A stretch of 64,000 bases of DNA from Octopus sinensis (taxonomy: Eukaryota). The notes under the pieces are model-generated. The model saw only the letters and a program-made list of their open reading frames with translations, searched no databases and was not told the DNA's origin. The DNA lies in contig NC_043000.1 in NCBI RefSeq assembly GCF_006345805.1, positions 21,700,001 through 21,764,000 of the forward strand. The letters are read 5' to 3'. Within the stretch, counting starts at the first letter, position 1; each line of letters opens with the position of its first letter. The translations under genes and the position numbers were made by a program. Positions 11,754-23,599 of this stretch are shown here, piece by piece.

Positions 11754-12712
11754 TGTTTCTCTTTTAAGGTGGTGAGCTGGCAGAACCATTAGCACACCAG
11801 GCAAATTGCTCAGTGGCATTTCGTCTGTCTTTACGTTCTGAGTTCAAATTCTGCCAAGGTCAACTTTGTCTTTCATCCTTTTGGGGTCACTAAAATAAGT
11901 ACCAGTTGAGTACTGGGGTTGATGTAATCAACTTACCCACTACCTGAAATCGCTGACCTTGTGCCAAAATTTGAAACAATTACTAGTTAACCTTTTAACC
12001 AGTTAACTGATCAATTGTATATTCTTTTACTTGTTTCAGTCATTTGACTGTGGCCATGCTTGAGTTGAACAAATCGGCCCTAGGACTTATTCTTTGTAAG
12101 CCTAGTGGTTATTCTATCAGTCTCTTTTGCTGAACCGCTAAGTTACAGGGACATAAACACACCACCATCGATTGTCAAGCGATGTTGGGGGGGACAAACA
12201 CAGACACACAAACATATATGTATACATATATACGACGGGCTTCTTTCAGTTTCCGTCTACCAAATCCACTCACAAGGATTTGGTCGGCCCGAGGCTATAT
12301 ATGATTAATCATTTGGTCAATCAATGAATCCATGTGAGCACCAGTCCTTAGTGTTTGTTGTGGGTTCTCTTTTGACCCCTTCTTCAGTTGGCAATCTCAT
12401 TTCTCCCAAGTTTTGATACTCCAGATAGGTCTGAAACATTTTTCTATGTCTTGTATCATCTTTTGTCTTTAAACCTACAGGTATGTAGATAATGTTTTAG
12501 ATCTTGTCTCTTTATTTGATATATTTTTTGCTTTTGTCAACATATGCCTTGCTTGTTTCAATTCATCCACCAGGATAGTGATTTCATCTTGCACTCAGTG
12601 AGCAATGTTGGAAAAGGTGGCAAGTGAGGAAATTGTACATTGTGTCTTCTTGTGGTGATAACAGCAAAGGTGGAAATTGCCGATGTGTTGGTTAGACAAT
12701 TAAAATTTTTGA

Positions 12713-13118
12713 TAGGCGTGGGAGTGGCTGCGTGGTAAGTAGCTTGCTTACAAACCACATGGTTCCGGGTTCAGTCCCACTGTGTGGCACCTTGGGCAAA
12801 TGTCTTCTACTATAGCCACGGGCTGACCAAAGCCTTGTGAGTGGATTTGGTGGATGGAAACTGAAAGAATCCCGTCGTATATATGTGTATGTATATATAT
12901 CTATGTATGTGTATATGTTTGTGTGTCTGTGTTTGTCCACCCAACATTGCTTGACAACCGATGCTGGTGTGTTTACGACCCCATAGCTTAGCGGTTCGGC
13001 AAAAGAGACCGATAGAATAAGTACTAGGCTTACAAAGAATAAGTCCTGGGGTTGATTTGCTCGACTAAAGGTGGTGCTCCAGCATGGCCACAGTCACATA
13101 ACTGAAACAAGTAAAGAG
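12713..13118 (+). mobile_element. tRNA/CORE-like SINE family A (probably related to octopus OR SINEs)
   Basis: A-box tggctgcgtggtaa, B-box ggttcagtccc, CORE-like accttgggcaaa, internal (TA/TG)n, tail ...actgaaacaagtaaagag. Other copies at ~12023-12300, 19410-19827, 44438-44870, 59158-59552, 60525-60988 and 61238-61708. Confidence 0.8.
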
Positions 13119-13778
13119 TATGTCTTAATTCTCCTGTTTGATATTGTAGATTTTTTTGTAGATGTTATTGTTTTTACGATTTTTTTTCATTTGTTTTGCT
13201 GTTGTTGTTGTCACCACTGTTGTTATTGCTGTTGTTGTTGTTGTCACCGCTGTTGTTGTTGTTGTCACCACTGTTGTTATTGCTGTTGTTGTTGCTTCAG
13301 CCAGCACTGGCTGTGGCACTGTTGCTGGTAGTGTTGGTCTGAGATAACAGTTTGAAAGCTGGATCAAAACTTTTGTTTTCCTGTCACCTTGCTATTTGTT
13401 GAAAGATTCAATGCTATGATTTTAAAGAAGAAAATGCAATTCCAGATGCTGAAGGGCTAAAATTGAATGAAGCTAACATCACAAAAGGTTTGTCAGTTCA
13501 TTAACAATATGGTACAACAAAAAAAAAATATGAATAAACCCCTTTGAAACAAACCAAATTGAACAAAATCAATTTGAGGTTTCAATTGTGTGCCATTTCT
13601 TATAATAATAATAGCAACAACAACAACAACAGCAAAAAAAACAACAATAATAATAATGGTTAATAATATAACAAATAATGATAATAATGGTTTGTTTTAT
13701 TTGCCACCGGGCAAGGAGGAGGAGGAGGAGAAGAAGAAGTGTGTGTGCGTGTATGTGTGTGTGTTTGTGTGTGTGTTT

Positions 13779-13819
<41 letters not shown>

Positions 13820-14244
13820 TTTGTCGCCCACCATCACTTGACAACTGGTGTTGGTTTCCTTGTCTTCCCATAGCTTAGCAGTTTGGCAATAGAGACTGAC
13901 AAAATAAGTGCCGGGCCTTAAAATTAAAGTATTGGGATTGATTTGTTCCACTAAAACCCTTCCAGGCAGTGCTCCAGCTGAGCCTCACACCAATGACTGA
14001 AACAAATAAACAATAAAAAAGACAAAAAGAGATGTTGTGTACATGCAATCTCTTACAAGAAGCAGATCTTTCTATAAAAGTTTCCTTAGTTTAGCTTAGA
14101 AAGCAAGCTTGCAAGGAATTCTCTTACAGGAATTCTACTTGTCACGGGGTTTTGTTAATTAACCCAACCCAGATACATTATTTATTCAAAACACACAATT
14201 TCATTTATAACAAAATGCTTTGGAAATAATTCACTTTATGTTAC

Positions 14245-14361
14245 CGTTACTCTCCACATGAATTTGTTTGGTGGAAGAGGTTTGGCTAGTTGCCGATATA
14301 AAGTATTTACATCATTCCGAGACTCAGCGATTTTGGTATAACCATGGAAACCAGAAGGAAA
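14245..14361 (-). CDS. TEX36-like: TEX36-like coding exon 2 (FPSGFHGYTKIAESRNDVNTLYRQLAKPLPPNKFMWRVT)
   Basis: ttcttttttatttag|TTT...ACG|gtaaca; 117 nt open, phase 0-0; W|FP and KPLPP parallel TEX36 'WFPHIG' and 'KLPP'. Confidence 0.8.
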
Positions 14362-14898
14362 CTAAATAAAAAAGAAATAAAGAAAGAGACTGATGATGCA
14401 TGTAGAAAAACAAAACACAACTGAAATTATATGACAGGTAACACTGTTTAACATGATTTTGTCCTTGGGTAGCAACTGTAATTTTCTATCTGCAGACCCC
14501 TTGAAACTGTGAGAAATGGCTAATATTTCCTTCAAACTTTGCTTTTGTTACATTTGTTCAAGCCCCAAACAATCCCTCTCATGGCTATGATGCTCCCCCA
14601 CTGATCCTGCTCACGATCAGAGATGCACATATTGTCAGCCTCTGAGGGACATGCTCAAGTGGTTACGGTCAAATAACTGGCAAGCAAATCTGTAGTATTG
14701 GGCGGGATATTTGCTATAATGATATTTCTGCTTCAGCAACTCAGTGCTGAATCTGTCTGAAACGTAATGGAAAAATAGGTCAGTTTCAAACCATTGATGA
14801 CCAGGTCACAAAAGCAAAGGGAATAGTAGTCATTTCTTTTGATTTCTGGATAAAAGCAAATAAGAAATAACACTTACTGACCAAAGACAAAAAAAAAT

Positions 14899-15427
14899 GG
14901 ATCTTTACCTTTTGACCGACAGATTTAAAAAGTAATTTTTTGTAACTAAACACTTTCAAACTTCAGACACTGGCAGAATGTGTCATATAAAACATCTTTT
15001 ACTCTTACTATCAGTGGTGTATTTTTCGTTTGTCACTGTTATTTATGACAACCCTAATCCTAAAACACTAACCCTAACCCTAAAACCCTAACCCCAAAAC
15101 CCTAACCCTAACACCCTAAAACCTTAAAACCAGTACAAACGCTCGAACAATGTCATAAATAACAGTGACAAACGAAAAATAAACCGCTGATAGTTGTTGA
15201 CAAACAACGGCAGTAATTTTATTCAGCTGAATACATGTCATTGATTAGTTGAAATTACCGAAATACAAGAACTTTAACGTGAAATAACTTCGTAAATGTA
15301 AGTTTTCCTCAAAAATGCTAAGAGTAAAAGATGTTTTATATGACACATTCTACCAGTGGCCAGAGTTTGAAAGTGTTTAGTTACAAAAAATTATTTTTTA
15401 AATCTGTAGGTCAAAAGGTGAAGATCC
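14899..15427. mobile_element. MITE with ~110-bp terminal inverted repeats and a nested inverted-repeat element
   Basis: 14899-15007 is the reverse complement of 15319-15427; inner arms 15008-15050 and 15151-15193 flank (CCCTAA)-like repeats. Confidence 0.75.
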
Positions 15428-15599
15428 AAAAAAATTTTAATGTTGTTATACAGTGTAATTCAAGGATAACTGGATTGAAGAAATGGTTTGCAGTTGGGTT
15501 TTTTGTCATTGGTTTATGATATTGCAGAGACAATAATTCAACCACTTCTGCTGTGTCTGGGCTTTTCCAGAAGCAAATACCTAGTCCCAAGTATACTTA

Positions 15600-15800
15600 C
15601 CACTTCTCCACTCATGAATATGTTCAGATCATCCATGTAGCTGCAGAAGATGCCAGATATTGGTCAAGTCTGGTAAATATATATTCGAATGAATTACTCC
15701 TGCACACCTTCCCCAAACAAATTCCACTTTCTCTGTTAATCTGACTTTGATTCCACAGAACCTCTTATGTGTTCATAGTCTGCATTGAGTACACTGTATG
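15600..15800 (-). mobile_element. Possible decayed Penelope-like reverse transcriptase fragment
   Basis: Minus frames give NRESGICLGK...EYIFTRLDQYL and, after a frameshift, GIFCSYMDDL (YxDD-like). Confidence 0.3.
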
Positions 15801-15914
15801 GGAGTTCTACCTTCACCTTGTCTACGTGTAAAACAGGGCCATTTACCTGAAGGGATTAGTGTGCAGTCTTGTTTTCCAGCTAATTAGAGTTTTAGTCTTT
15901 GGCAAATTAAAACT

Positions 15915-16143
15915 TTAACCCTTTTGTTACCAACCCGGCTGAAACCGCCTCCGGTTTTGTAGTACAAATGCCTTGTTTTCATAAGTTTTAAATTAAAATC
16001 TTCCACCAAACCTTAGTCACAGTTTATGCTCCTAACACTAGCTTAATGATAACTAAGTTATTTTACTAAATTCTTTGTTATATTTAAAGTAATTGAAAGA
16101 AACACAGAGCACCTCAAAATAAATACAGTAATGAAAGGGTTAA
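15915..16143. mobile_element. piggyBac-type MITE
   Basis: ttaaCCCTTT...AAAGGGttaa; homologous to 8196-8431. Confidence 0.8.
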
Positions 16144-17006
16144 GCAGAAATAGTCTATTCTATGGTCAAAGGAAAATTTGTGAAATTGCTTTTTTTTTAA
16201 TCATTTTATCTTTTTTACTTGTTTCAGTTATTGGTCATGCTGGGACACCAGCTTAAAGAGTCTAGTCAAACAAATCAACACTAGTTGTCAAGTAGTGACG
16301 AGAGACAAACATGGAATCACACACACACACACACACACACACAAGGAGATAAACACAGGGGGGACAAACAAAGACAGGCAAAGAGATTAAGTCAATTACA
16401 TCAACCCCAGTGCATCACTGGTACTTAATTTATTGACCACGAAAGGATGAAAGGTAAAGTCGACCTCGGCAGAATTTGAACTCAGAACGTAATGGCAGAT
16501 GAAACACTGCTAAGCATTTCATCCGGCATGCTAACGTTTCTGCCAGCTCACCGCCTTCAAGTAGTGATGAGTGCTTTCACACAGTTTCTGTCTGCCATTC
16601 ACAAGGCATTGGTTGGGCAAAGATTATTATAACTGAGAGCACTCGACATGCAAAGTAAATTTCAAAGTCATGAGGTGTAGTTTGACGGACAAAGTCATGA
16701 GGTGTAGTTTGACGGACATGTCAAGAGCAGAAGATAACAGACATGTTAGTCTGGTCAGCAATAGGGAGATCCTTTATCTACCAATCCCTATTAAAAAGCA
16801 AGAGCTTCAAGCTGGTATTTTATTCCTCTTCCATCATCATCATCATCATCTCTGTCATTTGATATCTGCTTTCCATACTGGCATGGGTTGGACAGTCTGA
16901 CAGGAACTGGAAAACCAGAGGACTGCATCAAATTTCAGTGCCTGCTTTGGCTTTGATTTTACACCTGGATGCCCTTCATAATGCCAACCACTTTACAGCA
17001 TGTTCT

Positions 17007-17431
17007 CAGTGCTGGATTAACCATTAAGCAAAATAAGCACATGCTTAGGGCATCAAGGGAAGGAGGGGGCACCACAGAAATGGTAAATGGTTTACAGCAC
17101 AAAAGAAATTACTTTAAACTTGCTAAAATAATATTCGGGATGCCTTTATCTCTACTAAATATAGGTTCAGATGTGTTACCTAAGATTAATTTTGAAGATC
17201 TTATCAAAGACTTTGTAATTCAGAAAAGTAGGAGGAAACTTTTCAAATATAAATAAAGCGGAAGTATACAAAAATAAACATTATTTTCCCTCTTAATGTT
17301 TTGTTTCATTTTGAAAAATAAAAAAAATATTTATGGTTTGTTATTGTATATATTTTAAATTACATTATCTTTATGGGGGTACCAAAATCTTTTAAGTGCT
17401 TAAGGCCTTGATGGGTCTTAATCCAGCCCTG
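17007..17431 (+). mobile_element. Internally deleted hAT transposon
   Basis: TIRs CAGTGCTGGATTAA / TTAATCCAGCCCTG; retains C-terminal dimerization-like text LSLLNIGSDVLPKINFEDLIKDFVIQKSRRKLF; TSD not clear. Confidence 0.6.
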
Positions 17432-18339
17432 AGTATACTGGGTCCTTTTTACATAGCCCCAACATGCCATGAATGTCTGTGTTACATAAAAAGTAACTCA
17501 CAAGACAAGACCTCTCCACTGAGATGAAGAGTAATCAATATTTCTAATTTTTTTTTTACATTATCTTTGTTATTTCTAAAACATCCAAACAAAAAGGAAC
17601 CCATCAAGTAAACCTACAGGTACCTACTGTCCTCGTGTCACAGAAAGGGGATTCCACAGCATGTTTGCATTTCCCTTTAATGCAGGAGAGGGGGCCAGCA
17701 TAGAGCCTGCAGGTTGGATCCAGCTCTCAGCAACGGCTAGACCAACCCTGGTGATATGAATGATGTTGAGAGGTTTTGTAACTGAAACAGGGCAAGCTTT
17801 CTATCAGGCATTAATCTCTCTTTTAAGGCACATTAAGAACTTTCAAAAACTGCATGCATTTATCTGGACAATTTCTATCTCTATTTTCAGACTGAGAATT
17901 CTGTTTAACAGAACTGTATGTGAATGAATTTTTCCACACACCTTTGCACCCAACCTAACACTTCGTACTTTTGACCCCTTTATCCATTTACGCTGGCCTG
18001 TATTATAAATAGGGTTTTCAGAAATAATTGTCCTTAATCAGCTCATGAGATCTAGTTTTTGCCTCAATGCAGCTCACAAAGCCAAATGAGTTTGATGCTT
18101 CCACTTCAAAGTATTTGGTTAAGCAAGTCCAATGAGAAGTCAAATAAGCCGTTTTCACTTACTCCATTTGAACTCAGTCTTTTGACAATTTTTCTGCTAC
18201 CTCCATCTTCGTGTCTAGTATAGCTGAAAAGGCTAACAGTCTTTTCCTTCAAATAATTGTACAAGGTCTGATGAAATGTATTGGGACTGGTGCTATAAAA
18301 AAAGAAAACTGCAACACATGTCAGTTCAGCATTTAATCT

Positions 18340-19330
18340 TTGAAGTAGTTCCCTTCTGAAGCCACACAATTTATCCAGCATCGTTCCTATTGATGGAAGC
18401 CTTCCTGGAACTCCTTTTCTGGGATAGTGAGTGGCTGCCTTGCCACATTCTCTTGGATTTCCTCAATGTCTTAAAATCTTGTTCCTTTCAAGTGGAATTT
18501 GCTTTTTGGAAAGAGGAAAAGTGGCAAGAGGCAAGATCTTATTTCTTATTTCTTTATTGCCCACAAGGGGCTAAACATAGAGGGAGCAAACAAGGACAGA
18601 CAAAGGGATTAATTCGATTATATCGACCCCAGTGCATAACTGGTACTTAATTTATCGACTCCAAAAGGATGAAAGGCAAAGTTGACCTCGGCAGAATTTG
18701 AACTCAGAACGTAATGGCAAATGAAACACTGCTAAGCATTTTGTCCGGCGTGCTAACGTTTCTGCCAGCTCGCAAGAGGCAAGATCTGGGGGATATGGTG
18801 GTTGTCGGTCCTGGGAAATGTGTTTGGCCCAAAACTCCTGCACAGGCTGCACTGAATGTCCAGGTGCATTGTCATAGTGGAGTTGCCACTCGCCAGACAC
18901 ATCCAATTCTGTCATTTTCTGACAAACAGCATCCTACAAACACTGCAACAGATCACAGTGGTACTCCTTGTTTACTGTCCGACCAGGTGGAGTAATACTC
19001 ATGATGAACAATGTGATGCTTTCATCAGTTCTGCTGGTTGTGGGTCTCCCAGAACATGTGGTGTCGCTGGCAACATTTTGTCAACCATCTTGGAAGCATT
19101 TGAACCACTTGTCCAGTTGTGTCCAGTTCATACATTCTTCTCTATACACTTTCGGCAACTTTGTATAGGTCTCTGCACAGATATCACCAAGCAAAATTCC
19201 ATGCAGATTTTTCTCAATGAGCTGTTCACACGCCACACACTTTACTTCCAAGAACTGCTACAAACAATGGAAATGAGCAAGAGTTCAAGGTTAATCTGTA
19301 CCAAGCAACTTCTACACTCTGCTTACTTTA
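18340..19330 (-). mobile_element. Mariner transposase remnant split by a SINE
   Basis: Minus frames: LHYDNAPGH, QPPYPPDLASC, LKGTRF.DIEEIQENVARQ, CVASEGNYFE; stops and frameshifts present. Confidence 0.75.
18540..18771 (-). mobile_element. SINE family B with 16-bp TSD
   Basis: gcaagaggcaagatct at 18524-18539 and 18772-18787. Confidence 0.85.
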
Positions 19331-19608
19331 ACTCTGTTACCATAGCAACAGTCTTGACACCTTTTGATCAGACTTCATATCTCTATCTACTCTTTACTTT
19401 TTTACTTGTCTCAGTCATTTGACTGTGGCCATGCTGGAGCACCGCCTTTAGTCGAGCAAATCGACCCCAGGACTTATTCTTTGTAAGCCTAGTACTTATT
19501 CTATCGGGTTTTTTTTGCCGAACCGCTAAGTTACAGGGACATAAATACACCAGCATCGGTTGTCAAGTAATGTTGGGTGGAGGGACAAACACAGACACAC
19601 AAACATAT

Positions 19609-19659
<51 letters not shown>

Positions 19660-21780
19660 TACGACAGGCTTCTTTCAGTTTCCGTGTACCGAATCCACTC
19701 ACAAGGCTTTGGTTGGCCCAAGGCTATAGTAGAAGTCACTTGCCCAAGGTGCCATGCAGTGGGACTGAACCTGAAACCATGTGGTTGGTAAGCAAGCTAC
19801 TTACCACACAGCCACTCCTACGCCTATATGTAGATAAATTCTTGTGAAACATCTACAAGATTGGTGGATATTAGGAAACTTTTCCTTAGTTTTAATTGTT
19901 GTCTTTCACAGTATTCACATAATGGATGCCTGCTTTTGTTTTTATGTTTTGATATCAATAAAAGATGGAAACATGGAAGATAATAGCATATAGTTTGAAT
20001 TAGTAGGAAGCATGTCATTTAAACTCTTAGAAGGTCACAGAGACAAGATGAGATATTGGTTACATCCAAGTTTTTTGAGGGGTCTCAATGTGACAGAAAA
20101 TTTAAAACCAGAAATCTCCTTTGTATAGACATGCCATGATCGTTACCGCGTCGCCTTACTAGCACACTTGTGGTGGTGGCATGTGAAATATCCGAGCGAG
20201 GTTGTTGCCAGTGCCGCTGGACTGGCTCCTGTGCAGGTGACAAATAAAAAGCACCATTTTGGTGTGGCTGTTGCCAGTTCCACCAAACTGGCCCTCGTGC
20301 CGGTGGCACGTAAAAGCACCCACTACACTCTCAGAGTGGTTGGCGTTAGAAAGGGCATCAAGCTGTAGAAACTCTGCTGATCAGATTGGAGTTTGGTTCG
20401 CCAGACCTCAGTCAAATCGTCCAACCCATGCTAGCATGGAAAGCGGACATAAAATGATGATGATGATGATGATGGCTGATGGAATGAGGTGAGTGTAAGA
20501 AAATTGAAAAATCAAAATCTTAGCTCCACTGAATCTAAATATAAATTATAGGAAAATTTCTAACAGTTAAATTAACTAACAATTTATCTTCTCAATAGAA
20601 TATCTGAACAATATCAGCCACAATATGTCTTAAGACAATATAGCATAATAAAATTTATTTCTTTTTACCTTTAAGGTGTGTGTTTGTGTGCGCACACGCA
20701 AGCGTGTCCACACACACATACACACGCACACACTTGTATTTCTACCTTGTTGATGTTGTCTAAACCCGCTCAAGAAAACTTTATTTTTTTTTTTTTGTTG
20801 TTGAAAATCTTCGCCAAAGAAATTTTCAAAGCAAAAACATTAATGCACACAGGCGTAGCTGTGTGGTAAAAATTTGCTTTGCAACCATATGATTCAGTTC
20901 CACTGCGGGGCATCTTGAGCAAGCGTCTTTTACGGCTGCCTTAGGATGACTAAAATCTTGTCAACGGATTTGGTAGACAAAAACTGAAAGAAGCTCGTCG
21001 TACACACATGCACGCGCGCGCATGCGTACGTGTCTCTGTGTGTGTCTGTGTTTGCCCTCCGCAACCGCTAGACAATCCGTGCTGGTTTGTTTACATCCCT
21101 GTAACTTAGCGATTGGACAAAACAGACCGATAGAATATGTACCAGGCTTGAAGAAAAAATGCACTGGGATCGATTCATTCAACTGAAACTCTTTATGTTA
21201 GTGTCCCAGCATGGACACAGTCCAATGACCAAAACAATTTAAAGAAAAAAAGATAGGATATTACAGATATATTTATGTAACGGAAATTCCTTCGAATATT
21301 AGACTACTCATTGACAAAAGAATAAGAATTCTTTCGTCAATGGGTCATCTATTTTGCGAGTGTATGTCTTTGGAATACTTCTTGTTTCCGTCTATATTTT
21401 TATATGGTTGTCATAAATACATGTAAATCACAAAGAATTTAAACGCAATAATTGTAAACGTGAAAAAGAGGTTCTGGAAAGGTTTGAGAAGTGGTCCCAG
21501 AAGAAAAGGGAGGACAGTAAGCTGACAATGTGGTCTTTTACACCCATTCATGCTCCAATTCTTGTGTCTTCATTGCCATAAGGACATTTTTATATCAATG
21601 TTAGGCCCATACAAGCCATCTCAGAACATGAATAAACTCAATGGAATCAAATTCTTGAGAGATACCTACGACGAGGACATGTATGTATAAAATATATTTA
21701 TAAAGCAAAAAAGTTTTCTTTAAAAGAATGCTTTGGTTAAACAAAACTCTTCTATCAAAACGACTGTTATTTCAACTTAC

Positions 21781-21807
21781 CCAGGTACCTGTTATATTGC
21801 TTGTCAT
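21781..21807 (-). CDS. TEX36-like: TEX36-like first coding exon (MTSNITGTW)
   Basis: ATG ACA AGC AAT ATA ACA GGT ACC TGG|gtaagt; phase 0 joins FPSG to give G-x-W-F-P as in TEX36 'GRWFP'; in-frame TGA upstream with no intervening ATG. Confidence 0.7.
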
Positions 21808-22027
21808 AACCAACGTTAAATTCAAATATTGATTTATAAATCTTGTATATACTTCGTCCCTGTCACACTTTCATTCACTTGGCATTGTTCTTGGTTGTTC
21901 AGCCATTAATTAAATTGTTGTGTTTTCACTTAATACAAGTTAATAAAAAGTATATATACAAAAACATTAAAAGGAGTCACTCCACGTCTTAAAAGTTAAA
22001 TAAACGTCAAGTCACTCGACACACACT

Positions 22028-22054
22028 TGTTTACATTGCTGCTGCCATGGCAAC
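22028..22054. promoter_or_regulatory. Forkhead site plus RFX X-box upstream of the TEX36-like gene
   Basis: TGTTTAC (22028-22034) and GCTGCCATGGCAAC (22041-22054; 13/14 to the palindrome GTTGCCATGGCAAC), ~235 bp 5' of the ATG. Confidence 0.7.
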
Positions 22055-22304
22055 AAGACAGTTAAACTAAGTTCTTTTGCTCTTTTCTATGATAGGGTTT
22101 GATTTGACTTTGTTTTGTTTTCGTTTCCCCATGTTTCCAGTTTTCTAAAACAAAACAGAAAAAAAAGAAAAGTTTTAAATCTATCATTTAGTAACCCAAA
22201 ACATTTACAAGCTAAACTTTTGGGAGTGGGTTTCCCTGGGTGTGTTTGTGTGTGTGAGCATATATCTATCTAATCTGTCTCCTTTATCTATCTATCTATC
22301 TATC

Positions 22305-22372
<68 letters not shown>

Positions 22373-22427
22373 CTTTCTTTCTCTCTCTGTGTATATATAT
22401 ATATATATTATATATATATATATATAT

Positions 22428-23560
22428 CATCATTATCATCGTTTAACGTCTACTTTCCATGCTGGCATGAGTTGGACGGTTTGACTGAAGGCTGACAAGC
22501 CAGGAGGCTTACAGCAGGCTCCAGTCTGATCTGGCAAGGTTTCTACTGCTGGATGCTCTTCCTAACGCCAACCACTCTGGGTGTACAGTGGCTGCTTTTT
22601 ACGTGCCACCAGCACGGGGGAGGGGGCAGTCTGGCGGTACTGGCATTGACCACGCTCCAATGCTGCTTTTTACATACCACTGGCACAGAAGCCAGTCAGG
22701 CAGCACTGACATCAACCACACATGAATGGTGCTTTTTATATGCCACCTGCATGGGAGCCATTTAGCCCTGATCCTAAAGACACTAACTACTAACATATGT
22801 TGTGGGTTGCATTCTTCACCTGGGAAAGTTTTGCCTTTATAAGCAGCCATCTTTCCCATTTCCTGGCAAGAATGTAGTTAATCTGACTAGTGTGTCCACC
22901 AGACTGGTAAGTGAACAGTTGACTGGCAGATTTCCTGAAGTTAGTATTAAAGAGCTTAAAATCATTTGCATCACAGAACTCCAGCAACCTGGTTCCCTCC
23001 TCGTTGCGGGAACCAAATCTGTAGCCACCATGAACACCATGGAAGCTCTCTGGATGTTGTCCAGCATACCCGTTGAATTCACCAGCCACAAAGAGAAGGT
23101 CTCAGTCATTCATCAATGAGGTAGTCTGCAAGAGGATGTCATAAAATCGGTCCTTCTGTTCATCAGGTAGCCCCGGCTGAGGGGCATAGGCCGAGATAAT
23201 GGTTGCTAATCCATGTTGCAGCACTAATCTAAGCTTAAGCATTCTGTCACAGACTCTGACTACCTCAATTACCTTATCAACCCATTCCTCTGCAAGAAGG
23301 ATACCCATGACCCCAACCCCATCAATGTTTCCTACCCAGAAAATCTTATATCTGTGTTCTTTGCCTGTGAGGAACCTAGCAGAACTTCCTCTCCACCTTA
23401 CTTCTTGGATGCAACACAAATCAACATGTCTCTGTTCAAGTATCTTGACAATCTCACCGGACCTACCTTTCATTGTGCCACCATTAAGTGTGCCAATTCT
23501 GAGGGTGTAGAAAGTGTGGGCCAGCGAGACCCTGGGATGGGGGATGCATCTGAAAAGAAA
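22428..23560 (-). mobile_element. Internally deleted RTE LINE: AP endonuclease region fused to 3'UTR/tail
   Basis: APE motifs TLRIGTLN, LCCIQEVRW, IISAYAPQ, GEFNG, INYIL, PQHMLVV; after 'RAKWLP' the sequence jumps to the 3'UTR and (GAT)n tail. Confidence 0.8.
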
Positions 23561-23599
23561 GCTCGCATTTGGCATATATATATATATATATACAGGGAT

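Noticed and set aside
21419-21580. Short plus-strand open frame HVNHKEFKR...FEKWSQKKRED
   Set aside because: Bounded by stops, no convincing splice sites or homology recognised.
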